Shown here piece after piece: positions 37,235-49,434 of a DNA stretch of 64,000 bases (position 1 is its first letter; every line of letters starts with the position of its first letter). The notes beneath the pieces are model-generated. The model made no database searches. It had not been told where the DNA came from and was given only the letters and a program-made list of their open reading frames with translations. The DNA lies in contig OZ281494.1 of assembly GCA_965637545.1 (NCBI GenBank), positions 35,402,001-35,466,000 of the forward strand, in the 5' to 3' direction. The stretch is from Phallusia mammillata. Taxonomy: Eukaryota. The position numbers were made by a program, and so were the translations under genes.

Positions 37235-37371
37235 TTTTATTAGCATGAGAATCACAAAAAAACGAAAGCAAACGACAGAATTGTAGAATTTGAAAAATCG
37301 TGTTGAAGCAAAAGTTTGAAGACGAAGTTTAACTTTCATCTGAAAATTCTTCATCGCTGTCGAAAATTCGC

Positions 37372-40300
37372 TTAGACCCAAACAGTCTCCCGCTGCAAAA
37401 AACAAAAAAACATTCAGCTAAAACCTTTCTGCACAACACAAATAGAATCACACTCAAAGTTCAGGCTTGCTGAGTGTGTGACGTCACCAGCCGATGACGT
37501 AATTACAATTGACGTCACTAATTTATTCACAGATGATTTTGTATTGAAAAATGTTTATCTATAAATCAAACAAACAAACTTACGGAACGTCCGAGTCTTG
37601 TCACTTCTCTGTATAAAATCTGTCTCCCATCATCAGAAATCCCGCATTTCGCCAGATACAACAACTTAACTTTCCTTAAACACCCGGAAACAATTTCGAC
37701 CCCGACATCTCCGAACTCGTTGACACTCAGATCAAGTCCTTCCATCTGCGCAAGATTTGATGATAATTTGTCGCAAATATTAACTGAACAAATAAATGTC
37801 ATGTGACGAGTGACGTAAGTGTGTCGTCATTAATTTAATTTCAGGTTTTGTAATTATTATTAAAAAATATTCTCATGAAACCAAACGCAATCATAACAAA
37901 CCCCGTGTTTCATTTTACTGATTCCTCCACAAATCAACCTCAGTGTGTCTGAGTTCAGGTTGCAGCGTCGAAGATACAGCCACTTAACATTTCGATTCAA
38001 CCTCGGGAGGATTTCAGCCAAGGCGTGCGCTGCACTCGATGATATGGGAGTGTTGTAGAAATCAAATTCCACAGGAAGATTACTTGCAAGAAAGTTCTTT
38101 TCATCATCTGAGCATTCTTGCAAGTCCGTCAACAGATCTAATAAAATGTAAAGAAAAAAATTCGATGGTTGGTATAAAAGGCAATAACTGGGCTTAAATT
38201 TAACAATTATGGTTTTTAAAAATATATTTATTATGACAAAAAAAATTGCAACCTAATGTATAAAGAAAAATTTATGACTGTTACCTATTTGCATTATTGC
38301 TGAACCAAAGTTAATTAGGTTTACTTTTATACGTTATACTGTATTAGTAAGTTTTAATTAACCTGTTTATTTGCACAACTTTTCACCTTGCCAACTTTGT
38401 AAAAGATTAAACAATCAGCGGTTAAAAATTACAAATTTAGCATCTAAACACTAGAGCAAAATTAATGCGTCCTTCCTTCAAAACTTTTAACGGCTTCTGA
38501 CTTACAAGTTTGCTTGGAAAGCAAAATATTCCACAAACACAATGTGATAGTTATGATATGAGGATTTATGATGTCGTAGGTAACAATGCAATTGTAGTAG
38601 CAATGTTATGGCAAAATTCCGCTAACGGTGCTAATGATTTTAATTGATTATTTTCAAGATTTAATTTAAACTTAACATAATATTTTTTTAGTTTGGCAAT
38701 AAATTATTGCACTGGTATAACATAGTTGTTTAATATCGCTGCCAAACTAAGGCTTTTCCATTTTAAATACCTGTCGTAAAGATCTGAAAAAAATATTATT
38801 GTTTGGCGTGTAGTCATATATTTGGTAACTATTACAAAAGGGTGTGTTAAATAATGACCTGTAAAAACACTTACCAATCAATTCATATCCACGCACTGCG
38901 GTTTTCATGTATTTGATGAGCTTTTTGCGAAACATCTCAACCTTGCCTGCAAAAACAGAAAGTTATCAAAGAAAATGAAAAACACGCACTTGTTTTAGTA
39001 ATAGTGTAGGAAAGACAGGAATACCGTAGTGTGCACGTATGGTGTCACAAACTGTGCTGCAGTAGGAGTACCTCAGAGTTCAAGCATAGTGTCACGAATT
39101 ATTGCAGAATGGGGCAGTTACTTGCTATTACATTTTCACACTTATTTTTCACCACTGACTTCGTTGTAACATTACATGTGCTATGTGCAATGATTGCATA
39201 ATTCATTTGCTGCCCAACATGACAAAGTTAAGTGCGTTTATTGTTGATTTTTATAGTATCTTGTAATCGTCTTTCGTTGTACTACCGTAAAATTACGTTT
39301 CATAATACTGGTCAGCTGCAACGTGTTTAGCCATCATCCACCATGTGTACCCTCAACTTTATTATGGTTTTGACGTTATTGTTATGTAATTGTTGTGCAA
39401 CTGTCCCACCAAGCAAAATAAATTCAATTTTTGTGGTAAGCTGGCAACTATGAAAACAAAGAGACAATCGGTCTAAAATGTTTTGGAAAAGTCTTTATAA
39501 AGCAGCTTCACTCCAGCTATTTTTTAAAGATTGTTTGGAGCAGGTATGTGGCTGATGCACTAGTTGAGATGACAAACCCATTTGTGAAGCCCAGTCTTTC
39601 AGGTTACGAAGTAATGTGCACTAACAATCACATACAATGCCAAATCAAAAGTTAACTGCTATAACATAACAATTACTACCAGATTTTCGGCACATGGGTG
39701 CACAATAAGAAACTTGTTCAGGCGAACTTTCAGGTGACTCATCTACAAAAAAGGGATATATTTATAATGTTGACATTTCACAAACACTACGGCCTATTTC
39801 AAATTTAATTAGTTACATAAGTAAAAAATATAGAGACATGCCATATGTTTGCTATAATTTAAAATTTATACATTGCCAGACAATTTGACCCAATTATAGG
39901 TGTTTAGCAGGTTAAATAGTGTGACTGTAGAGTTAAGCAATCAACATACCAATATAGCAGGCTGCAGAAAAAGTGCATATATATAATTAGGCAACGTTTT
40001 ACCATTTTTATTATTTTTTATTACAATATTCTACATGCACATAGGAAATCTTACTAGTTTGACATTAAAATATATGGTACTAAGGAGTGCAGATCAGAGT
40101 TTATTGACAAATGATTTATCCAATTACAGTTCGGACAACCCACCGTTTTTGTCTCCGAGTAAAAGACCGCATAAAAATCTACGAACCATTGACCAATGGC
40201 CTCCTTGAACCACAACAGCAATGATTTTTTTGAATTCTTTATCCGGCATAAACTGGTAGATGTACCTCGCAGCAAACATCTCCTGTAACGTTTGATGTGA

Positions 40301-43300
40301 AAAATAAAATAGTTGGTCACCATCAAATAGTCGTTGAGGCGGAATGTCAAAATTTCCAGCAAAGGCTATTATGATATCTTGGACATCAGCTGCATCAAAA
40401 CCCTCAAGTTTTTCTTTGTTGAAAACAACTGTTTTTTCCCCCATGCCATCATATGCCATTTTACCAATGGGTTCCCATAAATTAATAATATCTAAGTTAC
40501 TTCGTGCATGTTTGGAGCGGTTTAGATACTTTAACACAGTTTGAAAAACCTCTGTAAGTGTTTTAACCTTGTTTGGACCCTTATGGAAAAAAGCAAAAAT
40601 AATAAATTGCAGTAACAAAGGATTATGGCAAAGACCAAACAGCTGTGGGGCTTTGGTTGATACCATTTCCCACAATTCATCTGCTCTGTCCCCTGCCAAA
40701 GCATAGAACAGCTTTTCCATGTCTTCAGTTAAAAGGTCATCAACATGAATGGTGGCATCTGGACGAAACTCTGATGGGATTTTAAGAATTTTATGAGGAC
40801 GTGATGTAAACAACAGCAAAGAATCTTTGAAAAACTTCTTACAACAAAGATTGGCTACTAGCTGATCAATTGGCACGGGTGTTTCATAAGCTAGATTAGT
40901 AGGTTTCAAGTTTTCAAGTGACATTGAAGTTTGGTCATACCCATCAAATACAAAAACACACTTATCTTCGTTTTCCCTCATCCACTGAAATGCATTTTCT
41001 TTTGTTTCGTCATTCAACCCAGGACAAAGAAAGTCAACAAAAAGTTGTTTGCATGTTACAGGTTGCTTATAGTTTAGATTCATGAACCGAAGAAGAAACA
41101 TGACAGATTGATTTTCTTGACTTTTTGCCAATTTTTTAGAAAGAGTAGTTTTTCCTGAACCAGGTGGACCAACTAATGTGACAAACTTTTTGTGTGTGAT
41201 TATATGTAATAAAGTATCAAACGAAACTGGGTGTTTATTTAATTGAGAGGCAAATTTCTGTTTTGTGGATGGTATGAATTTCTCCTTCTTCACAGGCACC
41301 TCTCCTTTATATGCCTCATACACATGCATTCCTGGATGTACGTCAGGTAGTTGGTTTGGTTTTAATGTCTTATCATAAAGCACCACACTTTCTCCCAAGC
41401 TCCTCATATGCTTCTCCTGGTGCTTGTTGATGGCAGCAACTGAAATTAAAAGCAGGTGATAAGCAAAATAAGAAAAATAGAATAAAACTAGAAGGGTGGC
41501 TCAGCACATATTGCCATTGCACATACACTACGTACACTCTATTTAACAGGTCCCATATCAGTCACCATCTTTTATAGCCTTAGTTGTTTCTGCAAGCAGA
41601 AACTCATGGGTCCCCCACACATGCAAAGTTGCAAATAATGCATTTTGCAAAAAAAACTCTGAAAAATTTTGGTGCTATTTGTTTAAACAAGACAATAAAA
41701 AGTCTGAAGACATAATCATGCTATATGAGGTACAACTATTCAAGTCACATTCAATTTGGCAATTGTTTGCAAAATTTAACCATTGCAGGGGTTAATGGGG
41801 TAAATGGTGGGGCTGCAGAACGAAACTCAACAATCAACACCTTAAAATAGAATATTATAAACAATTTCTAAATTTCATGACATTGTTTAAAAAGTTAACC
41901 CTTTTTAAGGGGCTAATGGGGTAACTGATCGGACTACAGGGTAAAACGTCAAATTCGACACCTAAAAATGCCATATTGCACAAACTGTCAATATTTCATG
42001 CAACATGGTCAATGTTTAAAAATCACACCCATTTAGGGGTTACTGGGGTAAAGGTGGGGCTCACAGTGTAAAAAAGATCAATGGATGATGTATTTTATAA
42101 ACCGTCTATATTTCATTAAATTTAGACATTGTTTAAAAAATTCACTCATTTTAGGGGGCCAGTAGGGTAAATATATATTGGGGCTGCAGGATGAAACACA
42201 ACAATCAACACCTAATTATGGCAAACTGAACAAACTGTCAATATTTTTTGCAATTCAGACTTTGTTTAAAAAGTTAACCGTTTTTAGGGGGCCAGTTGGG
42301 TAAATATTGGGGCCACAGGGCGAAACACAACAATCGACACCTAATTATGGCAAAATGAACAAACTATCAAAATTTCATCCAATTCGGACATTTTTTAAAA
42401 ATCACCCTTTTTGGGGGGATGGTGGGGTAAATATTGGGGCTGCAGGGTGAAACACAACAATCGACACCTAATTATGGCACAAAGAACAAACTGTCCAAAT
42501 TTCATCCAATTCGGACATCGTTTAAAATTTTACCCATTTTAGGGGGCTGGTGGGGTAAATATTGGGGCTGCAGGGTGAAACACAACAATCGACACCTAAT
42601 TATGGCACAAAGAACAAACCGTCCAAATTTCATCCCATTCGGACACTGTTTAAAATTTTACCCATTTTAGGGGGCTGGTGGGGTAAATACTGGGGCTGCA
42701 GGGTGAAACACAACAATCGACACCTAATTATGGCACAAAGAACAAACTGTCCAAATTTCATCCAATTCGGACATTGTTCAAAATTTTACCCATTTTAGGG
42801 GGCTGGTGGGGTAAATACTGGGGTGATTAAGTCAAACAAACCAAAAGGCACATCTACATGACCATATCTTCAATCTGTGAAAGTTTCATCCAAATCCAAC
42901 AAAGATTTGTTGCCAAAAGTGCATGGACAAACTTCACGGCGGAAAAAAGAAAAAAAAAGAAAAAAAAAAAAACATAGTGAAATCAAGATGCGTCCCCTTC
43001 AAGGAAGGGGACCCATAATTTAACCATTTTTTCTAGACCAAAGTGTGAGTAAATATCAGCTATATGCAGAAAAAAAGATAAAAATGCAAAAAACAATGCG
43101 GGTTCCATTCAGAAAAGGTTAAAATTCTAAAAATTTTCCTTAACAATAAAATATCCTAAATATTGAAAAGCAGCATTCCAATATTTCTATTTAAAAACAC
43201 ATATTGTGTAAAGCTGGGAACAAATTGTTAATTTGACCCCACTATTGTTTTACATTATGAGATCACATTCAGATTTTCTACTTTAGTTTGCATTTCTAAC

Positions 43301-45876
43301 ATTTTTCAAGTTCGAACTAAAATAAAGAAACCAAAAACAAGTAAAGACAAATCTCGTTAATCACACACCTAATTTGACAAGCTTATTTTTGACACAGTGA
43401 GTTTTGGTAGTGAAGGGTTGTAGGAGTAAAAAACACAGATAGGCGTAAAAAAATGAAAATTCGCTGTTCTACAAATGTGACTTGTTCACTACAATCCCAT
43501 TCACATTTGTTTAATTAACCAGGACCTACAGTTCCTGAGTTACAAGTGGAAGACTTGTACAAATTGCAAGAAGTGAAAAATAGTGGGAAGTATATTGTTA
43601 AAACATGAGAGTGAAAATAAAAATGCAGAAAAAACGAGAAAAACCTGCTTCTTATCATGTCCGAGCACAAAGTCACACTTTTTAACTGCTGCTAAAATAA
43701 TGCAATTGTTTACTTGGGTTTCAAGAGAGAATATCAGTACAACAAGCCATAGATTGCTTACAACTGTGGACATATTCAAAAGTTCTTTTTTAAAGCAATT
43801 CCATTTACTTTATTTTATTCTTTATTTAGTCTGACAATTATTAGTTGTTCCATAACAAAGAGTGGAATTAATAACTTATCGGTTTAGCAGCAAAAGTGCA
43901 TAAAAAACAGCTTTTTTCTGACTAAATCTTTGATGACCCAATTGTAAATTATGTCATTAAACTTGCTAACTCCCTTTACCTCTGGCTTCATTGGCTTGTG
44001 CTTTGGCTCTGTCTTCAATATCTAAGTGTACAAACAACATGATTTTTAGTATAAAACAATTTTTTTTTACAAACATACTAAAAACGAGGTTTCCTATCTA
44101 GGCTGGTAAAGCAGGTTTGCTAAAGATTGTTTGTTTTATATTGTCTGCTTTGAGTGTGCCATCGCTCACCAAGTGCTTTTTGGTGTATCAAAAATCATAA
44201 ACCTGCACAAATGGGTGCATGGAAGCACTGGGTATAAGTATAAGTTAGGGTGGCAGCATAGCCATTTATTGATGACCGCCACCCCAAACCTGGTCAAATA
44301 CCAAATACCTGGTTAAGGGTTGCTTTTAAGCCCGAAACAAAATAGCAAAAACACAGAAATACCGTTTACCTTTTGTTTCCTTGGTAGGGGTTTGCTTTTC
44401 AGGGGCATTGTAATCTGAACAAATCGAATTCGGTATTAATTAGAATAGATAAGTTCACTAAAACAATGTAATGTTTTTTGTGAGGGCCATGTCAAAGTAG
44501 TGAACAAAATTATAATTTGCTTTTGTTTAAACTGTGTAAAAATGGTAATATCCCACATTAGCATGAAATATTTATTTTTATTCTACTACTAAGCAATTTT
44601 GTCACTTTAAAGTCACCAATATTGCGGCACACCCTCCAAACTATATGTAGTCAGCATTAGCAAACAGCATAAAATAATTATAATTTTAAAAATTTTTTAA
44701 AAATGTTTTACTCATTTGTGGCTGACATGGAAACTACAGGATCACTAAGTCAGATAAACACATGACATGTTTTTCACTACATCATCATCTGTTAAATTTT
44801 TATCCAATTTATGTAAACAGGTAAGGATGAGCTGTAGAAAAGAAAGAGAGTAATATATAGTGTATGAATTCAGAGGTTTTAACCATAATGACAACCGCTG
44901 GCAAGTTTTATGTTGTGCTAGCAAAACATTTGGAAGTCATTTACAAGGCTAGCTTGAAGCATTTTCGTTAAATGATGCACTCCCTTTACACAAACTGATA
45001 TCAATTTTATTACAGCATACGAAAAGCCAGCAATTTTTCCTTGATGTTTTTTGATGTATTTTATTTGATGGTTTGGGTAGCATGAGGGGTAGAGGGTCAA
45101 AAGTTCAATACTTATAACCTGTAAAATGTGGAAAATTACAAGTATAATCTTTTAAACTGTGTGGACAACCCCAGGAAAAAATAGCCAACAAATATATAGA
45201 AGATAGCATGCTTACAATAATTAGTCTGATGTACATCTCCTTGAACTCCAACCACAGATTTCTCAACTTTTGTGCTTGTCATTTTAATCTCCTGCTTCTT
45301 TTTAACACTTTGGTCTGGGTACAATAAAAATAAATCATGTTCAGCAATGGTAGTTGTTTACCATCCAATGCTGTTGGATTGTTTACCGTTGTTGCTTACA
45401 AAGTTCGCCCTGTTTTTATATCTCACTTTTTTCATCTTATTGAGCAATATTACACATACACCAAAATTCCTTACCTGCACCAGCTTGTATAGTAGTTAAT
45501 GTTTGAGAAGTTGTCGGTGAGATTTTAGTGGAAATTGGAACATCCTGAGAATAACAATATTCTGGTAATTTTTTTTTACAATAAACACACCCGACTAATT
45601 TGGTAAAACCAAAGTTAGTTACACAAGCCATTCAGCCACTTTTGTGTGCTATTTGATGCAATTTCATTTCAACGTCCTGTACAAGATATCTTTATACTTA
45701 TGCCTATTAATTCAAGTTTGTTTGATTTTACTGGTCGTGGTAAATTATTTTATTATTTTTATTCACTTAAAACCATTTAACAGCATTGGGAGCATATCAA
45801 TTTCACATAAGTAACACATATGAGAGTCACCATTGCACTTATGTACCTGAGGCTTTTTTGTTACTTTTTCTGACAT
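37372..45876 (-). CDS. NACHT-LRR (NLR-like) protein, 10 coding exons, 690 aa, no N-terminal death fold
   Basis: Exons 45876-45847, 45544-45475, 45314-45216, 44414-44370, 44021-43980, 41439-40144, 38946-38875, 38137-37902, 37745-37584, 37392-37372. All introns are GT-AG and phase-compatible; total 2073 nt = 691 codons including TAA. The small exons and the last exon are predictions. Confidence 0.8.
37584..38137 (-). CDS. Ribonuclease-inhibitor-like LRR exons (38137-37902, 37745-37584)
   Basis: VKWLYLRRCNLNSDTLRLIC, LDLSVNEFGDVGVEIVSGCL and VKLLYLAKCGISDDGRQIL fit LxxLxLxxNxL/CxI RI-type repeats. Donor TCC|GTAAGT at 37584. Confidence 0.88.
40144..41439 (-). CDS. NACHT NTPase exon (1296 nt, phase 1-1)
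   Basis: Walker A GPPGSGKTT (41170-41144), Walker B CVFVFDGYDQ, LLLFTSRP, LCHNPLLL, winged-helix FYFSHQTLQEMFAARYI, WSMVRRFLCGLL. Acceptor tttaatttcag|, donor G|GTGGGT. Confidence 0.95.
41486..43019 (+). mobile_element. Helentron/HINE-like non-autonomous element with internal minisatellite
   Basis: Starts aactagaaggg... and ends with an A-tract, a perfect 9-bp hairpin gtccccttc-aag-gaaggggac (42992-43012) and cataat. No TSD. Family assignment is inferred from this architecture. Confidence 0.6.
41745..42825 (+). repeat. Minisatellite, ~8.5 units of 121-128 bp
   Basis: ggggctgcag-like anchors at 41810, 41931, 42057, 42181, 42309, 42437, 42565, 42693. The last units are near-identical at exactly 128 bp. 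Confidence 0.93.
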
Positions 45877-46229
45877 TGTCGAAAAAGGAAACCAATTAGT
45901 TCCGTATAAAGCTTGATGGAAGTGGAAAGATGTTGGTTTGGTTGGAAACTGCTTGACGCTTAGTTTTAGTCAGACTTAAAAAAGTTAAAAAGTCTTACAG
46001 CCTATACTCCTGCTAGCAAAAAAAATTCAATCTTACTTCAAAACTTTAATTACCCTTGAATTTAACGATTTCATTGAGTCCCTATCTCTTTTATAATATT
46101 ATTGTTTCTGCAATATTTCAAACTGTCTAAATTTCAAAAATTTCAGACAAAGTTTACAAATGTCACCACTACAGGCATTTAGAGCAACCATTAATGGTTC
46201 TAATATCATCAGGCTGATGTTATTTTGGA

Positions 46230-46405
46230 AAAAACACCGTTTGAATCAAATCAAATGTCACATGTACATGACTATATCAACTATCTGTGAAAGTTTCGTC
46301 CAAATCCATCAAACATTTCATGGCCAGGAAAAACACAAAAACAAAAACAAAAAACAAATTAGAATCAAAATGTGTCCCCTTTCAAAAAAGGGAGGGGCTC
46401 ATAGT
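46230..46405 (+). mobile_element. 3' end of Helentron/HINE-like element in the first intron of paralogue 2
   Basis: cacatgtacatgac...tgtgaaagtttcgtccaaatcc... followed by an A-rich tract and the hairpin ccctttcaaaaaaggg, as at 42850-43015. Confidence 0.55.
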
Positions 46406-46983
46406 TTATACATTCAGTGTACTGAAAAAAGAACAAAATTGGATTACACACTAGTTAAAATGATAACCTTTTTACAAACTGTCAGTATTTCGCCACATGG
46501 ATGACAGTTATAAGGCCAGGCAACAAACTTTCTCGAAAAAAATGATGTCATTTTCACTATGTTAAGTAACTTGCTAAACGTAAGTTGCAAAAACTGATAA
46601 AAACTGATACAGGTTTAAAATTCAGGTTTCTTAAATACATACAGCTCAAGCATACTTCATTTATTGTGGCAAATATTTACATGACCTTAGTTCTGCTGCC
46701 ACAACAAAATCCTAAGTGACAAACAACTTGGACTGCAGAAGGTTAAAAACAATTTTGTTATTATGTATTAACATTTAGTGGAACAAAAAACACAAACCAA
46801 AAGTAGATTTTAAAACACAGTGAACTTTAAACAGTATAAAATGTTGTGATATACTAAAGTGGAAAATTATTTGTTTATATTTACAATACAACTTTTTAGA
46901 GCGACCTACTTATCACAAAAAACAACAACTCTTAGTTACAAACATACTGATAATTCTTTATTTAGACAGGGCATTTCATGTAC

Positions 46984-47286
46984 CTTGCATAACCGTTTTT
47001 TGATGCCATCTAATCAGAAATAAACGTCAATTTGGCAAACTCACCCTGCGCAATAATCAAGTAAAGCAAGATGGATGGCAGCCTATAATACATTTTTAAT
47101 GTTCCGGCACCCCTCATGTAGATGACGGACAAACAGCTACTATGATTACGAAGTTAAAAAATTGCTCTTCTGTTCTGTCGTCGGCCGCCGTCAACAATCC
47201 GCCAAACAGGTGGACCAAACGTCTGACTGTCCTGCCTGATTTTCGCCGCAGTGTTTCACAAACTATTTTTCTGACTGGCCGTAACC
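46984..47286 (-). other. Putative non-coding first exon/promoter block of paralogue 2
   Basis: Donor CAAG|GTACAT at 46984; acceptor for the ATG exon at 46009; homologous to 5376-5684. Confidence 0.5.
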
Positions 47287-47864
47287 CAATGGTTCCCAAC
47301 CGCATTTTACCCAAAAAATACTGAATATTTCGAGGCGTTGCGCAATAACAAAAATTAAAGCTCTAGCAATGTATGTCAAGTGGTTGACTTTAACTGACAA
47401 TGATTGTTGTGTTGTAACTTTGTTTCTTTACTGTAATAATCGGTCCCACCAACGTTACCCCCCCAGTCGAGTTTACCCACAATGCGCCAACCTCACCTTC
47501 TTGTGAGCCCCCGTCACCTAACGCCTTTTAATACGGTGTAGCTGCAGCGCGTTCAACCATGATCCACCAATTGTGCCCTTCATTATTTTGCGCTCCATAA
47601 CGTCTTAACGTTGCGCAGCTATTTCCGGCTTGGTGATTGTTTTAGTGCTATTGTGTCGCTATGTTCACCAAGCGAAATAAACTCATCTCATCTCATCTCA
47701 TCGCAGAGATGTTCTCTTGTTACACCGAAATACAGAAAAATATCGTTATAAACAAAATAACGAAATAAAGAATTTGCGAGAACGAATAACATTATTTCGT
47801 TCCGTATAAAACTCTGCTTGGTGGTGGTAGTGGTACGCGTCCGCAGAAAGGTTGGGAATCACTG
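47287..47864. mobile_element. hAT element, same insertion as 5685-7467 (pre-duplication), 578 bp
   Basis: TIRs caatggttcccaacc / ggttgggaatcactg; TSD ccgtaacc / ccctaacc; same flanks as the copy-1 element. Confidence 0.88.
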
Positions 47865-48038
47865 CCCTAACCCAATCGACGATCACCCAAGTCAGGCCTT
47901 CTGTGTTGTATTCAGGCCTTCTTTTTCGAAGTCCGCAATATTGGAATGTTGGACATGTCAAAACTACGGGACGCCGGCACAGACGGAGATTGTACATTGT
48001 AGACTTGTAGATAGTACCAGAGCCGACAACAATGAAAG

Positions 48039-49434
48039 TTGGTCAGATTAGATGTTGGACTTTACGTCAACTCAAGTGAAAAATGTGGCGACCTTAAATA
48101 TCGACTGCTTACAGATTCATTCAAGCCTCAGATGACATATGATTTCAAGAGAGATTTACCTGGTAATGGTAAGAGAAGCCTTGGACATGCTTGGTTAGCA
48201 CAGTATTCTCCTTGGTTTGCTTACTCACCAAAACTTAGAGGTGGCGTTTGTGTACATTGTATTTTGTTTCCTCAAGTTGTACATAGCGGCTATCAAGGTG
48301 CATTTATAACGTGTGCTTTAAAATGTATAAAGATTTTCACGAAAGCGTCCGAAAACATGTTTCATCGGCATGGCACATAGATTACACAAGAGATGCAAAT
48401 CACTTTCTGACAGTTCAGGCAAACCCGAACAGAGAGATTGTATGTCAGTTAGATTCTTCTGTTAACCGTGAAATTGAAGAAAGAAAAAAAAAAACTATAC
48501 TATATGCTTTCTCTTATATTGTTTTGTGGGACAAATGATTTCGAGGTAAGAAAGACGAAACTGGAAATTTGCAACAACTTTTCGCTTTTCGTATTGAGGC
48601 TGGTGATGTTATTTAAAAATAAACATTTTGAAACTTTTGCAAAAAATGCTCGATATAAATCGATCTAGCCGCAAAGCATAATTTTTTCTAAAGAAGTTTA
48701 AAGAAATACTTTTGTAAAGCCTGTCAATGATTCTGCTGGTAAATCGGTTTTAGCTGATGAAACTTCAGATATATCTGGTGCTGAGCAGTTATCAACTGGT
48801 GTGCGTTGTTTGGATCCTTCCAGTCCGAAGATTATTCGTCAAGAGTTTCTTGGATTTACACCACTAAGTGACGTAATCGCCTCAGGAATTTCAAATTCAC
48901 GATTAAATCGATGCAAAGAATTCGGTTTAAATCTTGAAAAACTTTTCGGCCAGGGGTATGACGGCTGCTTTGCAATGGCTGGGGTAGAGAATAGAGTGCA
49001 ATCAAAAATTCAAAGCCTTCCTCCAAAAGCAGCTTTTGTTCATGTTCCTCAAATCGCCTGAACCTAGTAGTCAACGATCTCAACACTGTTGCAACAGTTC
49101 GAAATAACGTGGGTACAATTAAGTCAATTATCACGTTCTTTCGACGAAGCCCCCCAAAAAGATCAATGGTTCCGAATATTTCTCTCTTGTCTGACACACG
49201 CTGGACTAGCAAATATAAGAGCATCAGAACATTCGCTGGTAATTTTGAAAAAAAAAGACATCCAGTTAGAAGTCCTCTCAACAACAGGAACTGGACAGCA
49301 AACTGCACATCAGTTATTTTGTTCTTCCACCTCGCCGACTTTTTTGTTTTGCCTAAGTGTCATATCATTTTACTCAGCCCTTCTTGAACCAATTGCTCAA
49401 GCTCTTCAAGCAGTTCAACTAGACCTCCGACAGG
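48039..49434 (+). pseudogene. hAT transposase fossil (THAP12/PRKRIR- or ZMYM1-like)
   Basis: Frameshifted pieces: SPWFAYSPKLRGGVCVHCILF (zinc-finger-like), LADETSDISGAEQLSTGVRCLD...EFLGF, GQGYDGCFAMAG, PKAAFVH, LSDTRWTSK. Confidence 0.82.

Noticed and set aside
40054-40544. ORFs 40054-40362 (-) and 40344-40544 (+)
   Set aside because: Alternative-frame or antisense shadows of the NACHT exon.
42434-42798. Two near-identical 78-aa ORFs
   Set aside because: By-products of the 128-bp minisatellite; no coding signature.
43520-43534. 15-nt phase-1 micro-exon (GTVGP) between exons 5 and 6
   Set aside because: It has AG/GT ends and keeps frame, but the donor (GTTAAT) is weak and the equivalent position in paralogue 1 (~200-220) gives no in-frame match. 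Left out of the model.
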